Program-made: the position numbers and the translations under genes
Assembly (NCBI GenBank): GCA_002269645.1
Contig: NIVC01000421.1
Location: 186,001 to 250,000 of the forward strand
DNA length: 64,000 bases
Source of the DNA: Macrostomum lignano
Taxonomy: Eukaryota
Reading direction: 5' to 3'
Part shown: piece by piece, positions 36,870 to 47,384 of the stretch
Position numbering within the stretch: the first letter of the stretch is position 1
Layout of the letters: each line of letters opens with the position of its first letter
Notes under the pieces: model-generated
Database searches by the model: none
What the model saw: the letters and a program-made list of their open reading frames with translations, nothing else
What the model was told of the DNA's origin: nothing

Positions 36870-37940
36870 GTCCAACTCACAGATTGGACTGACGCACTGA
36901 CTCACAGATTGGACTGACGCACTGACTCACAGATTGGACTGACGCACTGACTCACAGATTGGACTGACTCACAGATTGGACTGACGCACTGACTCACAGA
37001 TTGGACTGCCTCACAGATTGGACTGCCTCACAGATTGGACTGACTCACAGATTGGACTGACTCACAGATTGGACTGACTCACTGACTCACAGATTGGACT
37101 GACGCACTGACTCAGATTGGACTGACGCACTGACTCAGATTGGACTGACGCACTGACTCAGATTGGACTGACGCACAGACTCAGATTGGACTGACGCACT
37201 GACTCACAGATTGGACTGACGCACTGACTCACAGATTGGACTGACGCACTGACTCACAGATTGGACTGACGCACTGACTCACAGATTGGACTGACTCACA
37301 GATTGGACTGACTCACAGATTGGACTGACTCACAGATTGGACTGACTCACAGATTGGACTGACTCACAGATTGGACTGACTCACAGATTGGACTGACTCA
37401 CAGATTGGACTGACTCACAGATTGGACTGACTCACAGATTGGACTGACTCACAGATTGGACTGACGCACTGACTCACAGATTGGACTGACGCACTGACTC
37501 ACAGATTGGACTGACTCACAGATTGGACTGACACACTGACTCAGATTGGACTGACGCACTGACTCAGATTGGACTGACGCACAGATTGGACTGACTCACA
37601 GATTGGACTGACTCACAGATTGGACTGACACACTGACTCACAGATTGGACTGACTCACAGATTGGACTGACTCACAGATTGGACTGACTCACAGATTGGA
37701 CTGACTCACAGATTGGACTGACTCACAGATTGGACTGACGCACTGACTCACAGATTGGACTGACGCACTGACTCACAGATTGGACTGACTCACAGATTGG
37801 ACTGACGCACTGACTCACAGATTGGACTGACTCACAGATTGGACTGACTCACAGATTGGACTGACTCACAGATTGGACTGACTCACAGATTGGACTGACG
37901 CACTGACTCACAGATTGGACTGACGCACTGACTCACAGAT
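36870..37940. repeat. 17/25-bp array (CTCACAGATTGGACTGA +/- CGCACTGA)
   Basis: Direct. Confidence 0.95.
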
Positions 37941-38280
37941 CCAACCAAAGGTTTGACTAAAATTCCGAAGATCAGCATCATGGGGCTGTTGTGCACCCTG
38001 GCGCATTGCATTTTAAGCGACATTGTCACACAACCGGCCAGAGGCATTGCTGCCCATTCCGCCGACTTCCCCTGAGCAGGCAGGCACACAGGCGCGCGGA
38101 AACGTACGCAGTCATACGCACAGGCACACACTCACACAGGACAGGAGTGTGCAGCAGCCCTAACGTTTTTATCGTTGGGCATGTACACTTCACTGTGCCT
38201 TGGGGGTTAGCCCTCAAGGCCGTTAATTGGACAAGCAGAGCCAAGCCGAGATTCCAATTTAGTTCCAAATTAGTGTGACT

Positions 38281-38350
38281 GCACTTGGAATCGAGCCTGG
38301 GCACTCCATAACCTCAGAGCGCCGAGCCAGACCACTAGGCTATTGCCCCC
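38281..38350 (-). mobile_element. tRNA-like head (A/B box) of a second SINE-like element or pseudo-tRNA
   Basis: Minus strand GGGGGCAATAGCCTAGTGGTCTGG...CCAGGCTCGATTCCAAGTGC; A box TAGCCTAGTGG, B box GGCTCGATTCC. Confidence 0.5.
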
Positions 38351-38717
38351 AGTATCATGGATACTTGTTCGTAAAATAGGCAGGAAATATATTTATTTAT
38401 AATTTCGTTTAAAAAAGCTGCAATAAAAAGTTACTTTGACATAATTTGGTTTGTAAATTAACTATTATTGCATACACAGTCAGGTGTGATAATTATGTTT
38501 AGGTGTCATAGAGCTATAATTAGATTATCTTATCAGCTAACGCCGCGTCTTAAATGTTCAAAGGCGCCGTCGGAGATGAAAGAGACAAGATAAGACAAGA
38601 GCCATTCTCATCTGTGCACACCACACCTCTCTAACCGTAAATTTTAATTGCTCCACGGTAAAAAATGCACAAAACGCGCTCGCAGGACAGCCGCCGGTTA
38701 AAGGTGCTCTATCCCAG

Positions 38718-38852
38718 GTTCAGAGCGGCGGGCTCGAGTCAGCTCACGCACCGCCTTCGGGCTGCTCCCACAGCTCGCCTCTGTTCCAGACTCGAACCCG
38801 GCACCAGCCCCATCATCAAGCTGAGCAGCCAGCTGCGGACGCACATAACAGC
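38718..38852 (+). CDS. Candidate RDL-like M3-M4 loop exon (135 nt, phase 0-0)
   Basis: GC-rich island, TATCCCAG| acceptor and AGC|GTTAGG donor, open frame VQSGGLESAH...DAHNS; no homology support. Confidence 0.45.
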
Positions 38853-39039
38853 GTTAGGCTAATAATTGTCTCATTATTATTTATATTGAAGTTTTTCTTT
38901 TCGATCGAGTCATTATTCTTTTGGTATTTTTTGTGTTTGTTATATTTTACTTACTTTCTGCATGCCTGCGGTAATTACGCCTGCAATTGCTTTATTAGAG
39001 GTTTCATTTTTTAGTTGTAGCCTGAGTTTCAGCCTGTCG

Positions 39040-40265
39040 CTTCAGTTCTAGTTAGTCGCTTCAGTTCCAGTCGCTTCAGTTCCAGTCGCTTCAGTTCCAG
39101 TTAGTCGCTTCAGTTCCAGTCGCTTCAGTTCCAGTCGCTTCAGTTCCAGTTAGTCGCTTCAGTTCCAGTCGCTTCAGTTCCAGTTAGTCGCTTCAGTTCC
39201 AGTCGCTTCAGTTCCAGTCGCTTCAGCTTCATTTAGTCAATTCAGTTCCAGTTAGTCGCTTAAGTTCCAGTTAGTCGCTTCAGTTCAAGTTAGTCGCTTC
39301 AGTTCAAGTTAGTCGCTTCAGTTCAAGTTAGTCGCTTCAGTTCCAGTTAGTCGCTTCAGTTCCAGTTAGTCGCTTCAGTTCCAGTTAGTCGCTTCAGTTC
39401 CAGTTAGTCGCTTCAGTTCAAGTTAGTCACTTCAGTTCCAGTCGCTTCAGTTCCAGTCGCTTCAGTTCCAGTCGCTTCAGTTCCAGTCGCTTCAGTTCCA
39501 GTCGCTTCAGTTCCAGTCGCTTCAGTTCCAGTCGCTTCAGTTCCAGTCGCTTCAGTTCCAGTCGCTTCAGTTCCAGTCGCTTCAGTTCCAGTCGCTTCAG
39601 TTCCAGTCGCTTCAGTTCCAGTCGCTTCAGTTCCAGTCGCTTCAGTTCCAGTCGCTTCAGTTCCAGTCGCTTCAGTTCCAGTCGCTTCAGTTCCAGTCGC
39701 TTCAGTTCCAGTCGCTTCAGTTCCAGTCGCTTCAGTTCCAGTCGCTTCAGTTCCAGTCGCTTCAGTTCCAGTCGCTTCAGTTCCAGTTAGTCGCTTCAGT
39801 TCCAGTTAGTCGCTTCAGTTCCAGTCGCTTCAGTTCCAGTCGCTTCAGTTCCAGTTAGTCGCTTCAGTTCCAGTCGCTTCAGTTCCAGTTAGTCGCTTCA
39901 GTTCCAGTTAGTCGCTTCAGTTCCAGTTAGTCGCTTCAGTTCCAGTTAGTCGCTTCAGTTCCAGTTAGTCGCTTCAGTTCCAGTCGCTTCAGTTCCAGTC
40001 GCTTCAGTTCCAGTCGCTTCAGTTCCAGTCGCTTCAGTTCCAGTCGCTTCAGTTCCAGTCGCTTCAGTTCCAGTCGCTTCAGTTCCAGTTAGTCGCTTCA
40101 GTTCCAGTTAGTCGCTTCAGTTCCAGTCGCTTCAGTTCCAGTCGCTTCAGTTCCAGTTAGTCGCTTCAGTTCCAGTCGCTTCAGTTCCAGTCGCTTCAGT
40201 TCCAGACGCTTCAGTTCCAGTTAGTCGCTTCAGTTCCAGTCGCTTCAGTTCCAGTCGCTTCAGTT
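39040..40265. repeat. 15/19-bp array (TTCAGTTCCAG +/- TTAG TCGC)n
   Basis: Direct. Confidence 0.96.
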
Positions 40266-40776
40266 CTAGACAATCGCGTCAAATTTTATAGTTTGGTCGC
40301 TGAACTATCATATTTATCAGTGATAACCACTTTATAAATATTTATTTTCTTTAATGTAATTGTCTCAATTTAAAACGCAGTGAAGCATGATTAATCTGTC
40401 GTCAATTTTTATGGTTATTAACTCTTTTTTATCACAAAAAAGCTACTAAATATTGTGAAAGTTTCTGTAAAAAAACAACAATCACTAAAATCGACACTCG
40501 GCTCTAACTGAATTACGTAGCAACGCCAGAACGAAAAGCGTACAACTACAGATAAAAATGGTAGAAAGCGGTTGAATTTCTTTCAACAAAATTTGCATAC
40601 TCCAATCTAAATTTAAAATGAGACGCGCTCTTCGCTTATCGAGCAAGAGATGTGTGCCAAGATCCAACTGAAATCTCGGTAATTTGAGTCTAGAAAATTT
40701 CAACCAGACAGGCAGTCGGTGAGCAAAATTTCTTAGACAGCTAGAAAGAAAATTACGCATTAAATTTTCACCGCAG

Positions 40777-41169
40777 GAGCTGCAACGCTTCCTGCATGGC
40801 CGGGTGGTCTGCAATCCCAGCAACAATGCCGAGTCATCGACGGTAGGCGCCTCAGGAGTTGACGTCGCTCCGGAGACCATCGCGGAGGTCGTCGAGACAA
40901 ACGCGGAAACTTCCACTGCGGCTACAGCAGCCGCTCTGCTGGGCAATTGTCAGAGCAGCGACCCGCTTTGCGAGGCAGGCGGTAACAGACCGGCTTCTTG
41001 CAGGTACTGCGTATCAAAGTCTGCACCATCCAGGGTGGACATGAACTCCCGGCTGGTGTTTCCGCTGGCTTTTACCTGCTTCAACATCATCTACTGGCTG
41101 GCGTACATGCGACTGTCTGACGACACGGAGACTCTGTTCAACGAGTTCGATATTATTGGCGGCAATTGA
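40777..41169 (+). CDS. Rdl: RDL-like channel, last exon (M4)
   Basis: CCGCAG| phase 0; ...PSRVDMNSRLVFPLAFTCFNIIYWLAYM...GGN*. Confidence 0.92.
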   Translation, partial: ELQRFLHGRVVCNPSNNAESSTVGASGVDVAPETIAEVVETNAETSTAATAAALLGNCQSSDPLCEAGGNRPASCRYCVSKSAPSRVDMNSRLVFPLAFTCFNIIYWLAYMRLSDDTETLFNEFDIIGGN

Positions 41170-41313
41170 CGGGTTGCTCTATAGTGGATCAACTCATAAT
41201 GTGCAACGCATGACTTTTATTTAGCCATAAGGTTCCTGTCCTGCAGAAACATTTAACCTGACCCAATTTCTAGCTAGCAAAAACATGCACTCAAGTTTAA
41301 GTACTATCCGCTC

Positions 41314-41425
41314 TCCCAGATCCTCAGTTGCTGGGCCAGCCTCCCAGATCCTCAGTTGCGGGGCCAGCCTCCCAGATCCTCAGTTGCTTGGCCAGCCTCC
41401 CAGATCCTCAGTTGCGGGACCAGCC
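41314..41425 (+). repeat. 28-bp repeat (CTCCCAGATCCTCAGTTGCTGGGCCAGC), about 4 copies
   Basis: Same unit as the arrays at 45829 and 46566. Confidence 0.9.
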
Positions 41426-42971
41426 GCCCTTACGTTAACCCAGCTGAAGCCATCCATCAAAAAATAACTCGAATGCTCATTTTACTTTTTTAAGTTAACT
41501 CAGAGCCGCACAAAAACTGCTTGTCACGCTATAGTATCGAGTATGAATCAATTGAAAATATGAAACTTGTTTGTTGGAAAAAACATCACTAGCTGTTTTC
41601 TCAATATTTTGCTATGGGTACAATGTAGCAATTTACTTTGATGAATATTTCTGTATTTGTATCTGTATTCTCGTGCGATAGTCTATAGTTAAAGGCATCC
41701 CTTCATCACTCTCTATGAAAAGCAGATTGCACGACTCTACCCACTTAGACTACTGTTCATACGCCATCACTATCAGTAGTGTTAGTTGCGCAGTTTCATC
41801 TAATTTAATTTAAGGAACATTAAAAATAATTTAGCTAGTAAACTTCATGCTTATAATACCATATATACTCGTACGTTTAAGAGTCTTCTTTCCTGGTTTA
41901 ATGACAATCAATGAAAAAACTGCAAAGCAGTTTTGCCTGTATACTTGAGTTTTGCATTGTTTTATCTGCAATATCTGCAATCCCAATTCATGCATTCAGT
42001 ACCTAGCATTCATTATTATAGAAAACTATTCTATACAGAACTTTAGAACCTCAACTTAACGCTTAAAAAATTCAATTTAACTCCATATCGTGGCTGCATA
42101 GGACTCAAGGAATTAATTAACAATTTAAGAAGCCTCTCCCGTCGCGACATCAGACGGGAAAGTCAGCACTGAAGTAAATGCAGTACCGCCTTAACACATG
42201 TTTGCTAGAACTGCCAACAACTGAGCATACAAGAAATTCAATTAAACAAGCTGCGCTTCCGTGTCTATGCAGCTCAATTTAGAGTCTACTCACTCTCGCC
42301 TGCACTTCAAGTCAATTTTGCTTCCGGTTACCTCCCTCCTCAAGAGCTCACCTCACTATGCCTTGCACTATATTGCCTAGCTGCTTTGGGGTTCGTCGCC
42401 CTTAGCAACAGAAACTGATTGAAGGGATGAGACTTGCATAGAGAGAGAGAGAGAGAGGTAGAGAGAGGTTGAACAGGGAAAGGGATTTGAAGAGAAGAAA
42501 CAGGGGACAGAGAGAGGGGGGGAGCAACGGTGGCGTGAGAGAGATGTACACTAAAGGTAGGCATGTGTCTGTCTGCTGAGCTACCGTGTGCACTCCCATC
42601 ATTCCCTCTATCCTAGCTATGCTCAGCTTCTGCCCCCAACTCACCCGCCACCACCCAATAATCTGACACACACAAAAGAGAAACGCCCCGTGCTCTTCCC
42701 CTCCGCCAACAAAAAATTGCCGTTGTCGCAGGCAAGGGAACGACAGACAGAATTGCGGATCTACCCAGGCAGTGCTCAGCTCAAAACTCCCCTTCCTATT
42801 TTTCCAGTCTAAGCTGAGCTGTCGCAACAAAATAATCGCAGCTTGTATATATATAGCTATAGAGAATCGGCCGCACCCAAAAAACTCATTTCACCCAGTG
42901 GGGGATTAAGCAGGCTACAGTCTAACTAAACTAAACTACAAGCTGAAACAGTACGCTCGTACTGAGCAACC

Positions 42972-43292
42972 ATGGAAGCTGAAAGCGAGTACAAGACCAG
43001 GCACACCTACACGAAGAGCAATCGAGTTGTTGAGCACTCGGGCATCAGTCAGGTGGCCTCAAACTACAGCGCCGTCGCTGAGCCGAGGAACCCCAGCCTC
43101 AGCCGCAGTCAGCCCAGCCTGCACGTGGCCGGCGGTGGCCGCTCATCGACCTCGATGTCGGTGACGCGAAGTCGACGCGGCTCCCTGGAGGCCGAAATTC
43201 CCGAAAACATTCGACAGGTTGTGGAGAATCGCAGTCGAAGTAAAAAAGAGATGCAAGGACTGAACGAGAGGCTGGCTGGGTTCATTGAGAAG
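42972..43292 (+). CDS. Cytoplasmic intermediate filament protein, exon 1
   Basis: Ser/Arg-rich head then KKEMQGLNERLAGFIEK (IF coil-1a motif); donor AAG|GTTTGA. Confidence 0.93.
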
Positions 43293-43587
43293 GTTTGAAT
43301 GTTTTACCTGTGTACCGGTATGATTTCTAAATATATATTTTTTAATGGCTAGAAATTGCCACCGCACCCTGTGTGAGCGTGTTTGAGTGCGTGCCTGCGT
43401 ACAGTATTGGCGCGATTGTGTGTGCTCAGGAGTCAGCGGAATGGGCAGCATTGCCGTCAGCGCTGATTGCGTTGGACGATGTCGCCGAAAGGCTCTGTGT
43501 CGGGGAGCCACGGCCCTCCTAAACCCAGAAATGTTAGAAAGGCCTCATGCTGCATTGGCTCAAAAACTCTCGCCAACGCCCCCGCAG

Positions 43588-43799
43588 ACGCGCTACCTCC
43601 AAGCGCAGAACAAAAAGCAGCGCGAAGAGCTCGACTATCTGAAGTCACGCTGGGGCAAGGAGACCGAGAAGATCCGGCAGGCCTACGAGACTGAGCTGGC
43701 TCAAATGCGCCGGCTTCTCGATGAGGCCGAGAGGCTGAAGGGAGAGAAGGAGGCGAAGCTGGTCTCCGTGGACACGCAGCTGCGAGATCTGCGCGATCT
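43588..43799 (+). CDS. Intermediate filament, exon 2
   Basis: CGCAG|TRYLQAQNKK...YETELAQMRRLLDEA; donor CT|GTGAGA, phase 2. Confidence 0.92.
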
Positions 43800-44169
43800 G
43801 TGAGAGCCTTATTGGCTATTGGCTAAGCATAACTTTCATGAATCGTACAAATAACTCGTCAAACTTATGCAAAGAAAAATGCACATTGAAAGCGCATCAG
43901 ATAGCGACGGCTCATATTTCTTAATGCGAACGTAAAAAGATTAGCTTAGAAAAGTAGATCCTGAAAGCCATTTCTGCGTTCCAAGAATAGATCATGACGT
44001 CATTTGTGTTAAAAAAATAGATCATAACATCAGTATTGTAAAGTTCTAAATATAGATCATGACGTCATTAATGTAAGATCCTGAAAATAGATCAAACTGA
44101 GCCTTGTACACTTTATTCAGAAACAAGAAGCAGCTTAATGAAATACATAAAAACCAAAATCCCCCCCAG

Positions 44170-44452
44170 GTACAACAACTTGAACAGCCAGTTCGAGCAC
44201 TGCGGCGAGAAAATGGACCGGATGCACCACGAATTGGCCGACCGGGACGGTGAAATCTCGCTACTTCGCCGCCGCCTGGGTCAGCTCGAAGACGAGAAGT
44301 CGCGTGTGAAGCAAGTGATGACGAAGATGAAGGACGACATGGCCAGGATGCACACGGATCTGGAGTCCGAGACTGCCGGTCGAATTGCCGCCCAGACTGA
44401 GAATCAGACATTGCGCGAGGAGCTGCTGTTCCTGAAGCAGGTGCACGAGCAG
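44170..44452 (+). CDS. Intermediate filament, exon 3 (long coil 1b)
   Basis: CCCCAG| phase 2; ...DLESETAGRIAAQTENQTLREELLFLKQVHEQ|GTGAGT. Confidence 0.93.
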
Positions 44453-44467
44453 GTGAGTGTCCTAGCT

Positions 44468-44845
44468 TTATTCATTCAGTCCCTGAAGTTTTCAGAGTCA
44501 TTCAGCCCCTGAAGTTTTGAGATTCATTCAGCCCCTAAAGTTTCGAGATTCATTCAGCCCCTGAAGTTTTTAGATATTTATTTAGCTCCTAAAGTTTCGA
44601 CATTCTTTCAGCCCCTGAAGTTTTAAAATTCATTCAGCCCCTGAAGTTTTCAGATTAATTTAGCCCATGAAGTTTCGAGATTCATTCAGCCCCTCAAGTT
44701 TTGAGATTCATTCAGCCCCTCAAGTTTTGAGATTCATTCAGCCCCTCAAGTTTTGAGATTCATTCAGCCCCTGAAGTTTCGAGATTCATTCAGCCCCTGA
44801 ATTTTCGACATTCTTTCAGCCCCTGAAGTTTTGAGATTCATTCAA
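44468..44845. repeat. About 26-bp repeat (GATTCATTCAGCCCCTGAAGTTTTGA)
   Basis: Direct. Confidence 0.9.
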
Positions 44846-44907
44846 CACCCGAAATTTCACTGCCCTCAGCCCTAAGTCACAGTTTGCATACCTTAAAAAT
44901 CCTTCAG

Positions 44908-45066
44908 GAAATCATGGAACTCAAGGCGCTAATCAAGGTGAATGCAGACGACAGTCGAGAGTTCTGGAAGTCCGAACTCAGTCAAGCCATTCACGACATT
45001 CAGAAGGAATACGACGACAAGATTGATTCTGTGCGAGTTGAGCTGGAGGCGATCTACATGACCAAG
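44908..45066 (+). CDS. Intermediate filament, exon 4
   Basis: EIMELKAL...REFWKSELSQAIHDIQKEYDDK; phase 0-0. Confidence 0.93.
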
Positions 45067-45142
45067 GTTTGTGCGGACTATTCTGGAATTTTCAAGCCTG
45101 TATCACTAGTTCAATACAGTTTTATACTTTCTAATATATTCA

Positions 45143-45372
45143 GGTTATAGTCTAGTGGTCCAGAGCGTCGTAATTATGACTTGAAGGTCGGGGGTTCGAT
45201 TCCCGATCCCACTCGGAACAATTTGTGTCCTTGAGCAAGACACTCAACTAACTGCATTGCGTCAGTTCACCCAGCTGTAAAATGGGTGCCAGCCTTAGCT
45301 GGGGGTAATGGAGGGTGCGTGTGGTGACCCCCCCCCCCCAGTCCTTGGACTGAACAGCCGTATGCAGCCTTC
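45143..45372 (+). mobile_element. tRNA-derived SINE with CORE-like central domain, copy 1
   Basis: A box TAGTCTAGTGG, B box GGTTCGATTCC, then GTGTCCTTGAGCAAGACACT..TCAGTT..CAGCTGTAAAATGGG; second copy at 57567-57795. Confidence 0.85.
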
Positions 45373-45657
45373 AGATGCGAAGGGGTGAGAAGAGACGAAG
45401 AGACTTAGATGAAGATGATATGAAAATGAAAATGAGCTAATAGAGAGAGTGAGATGAGACGTAGTATGAGATAAGAGCCGCTGAGCCGTAAAACCCAGGG
45501 AGAGATTAGAGACATGGTGAGAGAACAGCCCTAAGTCAGAAAGGCGACGCTGGTTGGACAGTGAATAAGTAAATAGGATCTCATAATATGCCTTCTAAAA
45601 AGGTTTCTGGGGCAGCTCGTAAAATCAGATATTGCCGGACCAATGCGAAACTTTCAG

Positions 45658-45783
45658 CTGCGAGAGATGGCCAAGAACCAGGCCCACGGGTCCACCGAGT
45701 CCACCTACCTAAAGGAGGAAAACAAGAAGCTGAAAGACAGCATCGCCGACCTCAGGAATCGGATTGCTGAGCTTCAGGCTCGG
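45658..45783 (+). CDS. Intermediate filament, exon 5
   Basis: 126 nt, LREMAKNQ...IAELQAR; phase 0-0. Confidence 0.92.
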
Positions 45784-45828
45784 GTGAGCTGCATGGCTAA
45801 CTTCATCTCTGATTCTCGGGTTAACCCT

Positions 45829-46118
45829 TGCCAGATCCTCAGTTGCTGGCCCAGCCTGCCAGATCCTCAGTTGCTGGCCCAGCCTGCCAGATCCTCAGTC
45901 GCTGGGCCAGCCTCCCAGATTCTCAGTTGCTGGGCCAGCCTCCCCGATCCCCAGTCGCTGGGCCAGCCTCCCAGATTCTCAGTTGCTGGGCCAGCCTCCC
46001 CGATCCCCAGTTGCTGGGCCAGTCTCCCAGATCCCCAGTTGCTGGGCCAGCCTCCCAGATCCTCAGTTGCTGGCCCAGCCTCCCAGATCCTCAGTTCTCC
46101 TCCCAAACCTCCCAGATT
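45829..46118 (+). repeat. 28-bp array, about 10 units, IF intron 5
   Basis: CCAGCCTCCCAGATCCTCAGTTGCTGGG units. Confidence 0.93.
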
Positions 46119-46197
46119 ATCAATTTAAATAAGAGCCATATCCAGACTCAAGAACACAACTCACCATCAACTGCCCCCCCCCAAACTTCGCCTCCAG

Positions 46198-46513
46198 AAC
46201 GACCAGCTGGAGCGCCAGATTGAAGACGTTCGCCGAGACGCCGAGTCGGAGCGGCGCCGCTACGAGGAGGAGCTGGACCAGATGGACGCCGTGCGGCGGG
46301 CCATCGAGGACGACCTTCGCAGGGTGCTGCAGGAGATGCAGGGCCTGATGGACGCGAAGATCAGCCTGGAGCTGGAGATCGCCGCCTACAGGAAGCTGCT
46401 GGACGCCGAGGGCAGCGCAATTGAAAGTCGGGAGGGCAGCTTTCGCAGCCAGGAAAAGCCCAGCGTGGTGATGGAGCAGCGAGTTGAGAGGCGCACCGAG
46501 GTTCACAGCAGCA
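46198..46513 (+). CDS. Intermediate filament, exon 6 (rod end)
   Basis: CTCCAG|NDQLERQ...LMDAKISLELEIAAYRKLLDAEG; best donor A|GTGAGT at 46514. Confidence 0.9.
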
Positions 46514-46565
46514 GTGAGTTGTTGGGGTTTGATAAACACTGCTGAAATCCCTGAGGGCCGCCCTC

Positions 46566-46786
46566 GGGGAGGATTTGGGAGGCTGGCCCAGCAACTGAGG
46601 ATTTGGGAGGCTGGCCTAGCAACTGAGGATTTGGGAGGCTGGCCTAGCAACTGACACTCTGGGAGGCTGGCCTAGCAACTGACACTCTGGGAGGCTGGTC
46701 CAGCAACTGGGGATCTGGGAGGCTGGCACAACAAACTAAGGAACTGGGAGGCTGGCCCAACAAACTGAGGATCTGGGAGGCTGGCC
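46566..46786 (-). repeat. 28-bp array in inverted orientation, about 8 units, IF intron 6
   Basis: GGGAGGCTGGCCCAGCAACTGAGGATCT is the reverse complement of the intron-5 unit. Confidence 0.93.
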
Positions 46787-46809
46787 GAGCCAGTACCAAG
46801 GCATCGCAG

Positions 46810-47124
46810 TCCTACCCCGAGACCACTGTCCCCATGACACTCCCAGGAGGCGCGCACAGCGGTCACAGCGGCCCAGGCCTGCAGTCCAGCAGCCGCACTG
46901 TGACCTACAGCTCCAACACGAGCGTCGGGGGCGGCGGCAGCGGCGCGGTGACCTACGAAGCGAGGCCGGTCAGCACAGCGGATCCACAGCAGCAGCCGCC
47001 ACCGCTGCCTCCAGCGCAGACTCGTTCGCGGGCCACTCCGGCCGCCGGACTTCCTGGAGGCGGCGGCGGTGGCGCCGGCGGAGGCGGAGGCGGAATTCTC
47101 AGGCAGCACGTGGCGAATGCTTGA
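46810..47124 (+). CDS. Intermediate filament, last exon (Ser/Gly/Pro-rich tail, no lamin-tail domain seen)
   Basis: GC3-rich frame SYPETTVPMTLPGG..SSSRTVTYSS..GGGG..HVANA*; acceptor position and phase unresolved. Confidence 0.6.
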   Translation, partial: SYPETTVPMTLPGGAHSGHSGPGLQSSSRTVTYSSNTSVGGGGSGAVTYEARPVSTADPQQQPPPLPPAQTRSRATPAAGLPGGGGGGAGGGGGGILRQHVANA

Positions 47125-47384
47125 GTTAGAAGTTAAAAAAGTCAAATGTAAACTTCGACCACGCTATAAGCAGGCTTGCCCAAAGGATTACAATTAACTA
47201 CATGTACCTGGAACTGTCTGATATAAATTTATTAAAATGTTTTTTAAGAAAAAGAAGGTCTTTTAATTTGCCGTTTGTTTTTTTGACTTTTTCTCGACAT
47301 TCCCGCACGGTTTGTAGTTGGTTATCATTACGTCGTTTTGTGATTTTTTTTTTGTTTTAAAAAGGCTTCTTTCTAGGGTGTTTA

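Noticed and set aside
45143-45215. Functional tRNA gene
   Set aside because: No acceptor-stem closure or poly-T terminator; it continues into a SINE body shared with a second copy.
46812-47129. Arg-rich alternative IF tail ending GECLS as a lamin NLS + CaaX
   Set aside because: The Cys is third from the end, so it is not CaaX, and codon bias favours the other frame.
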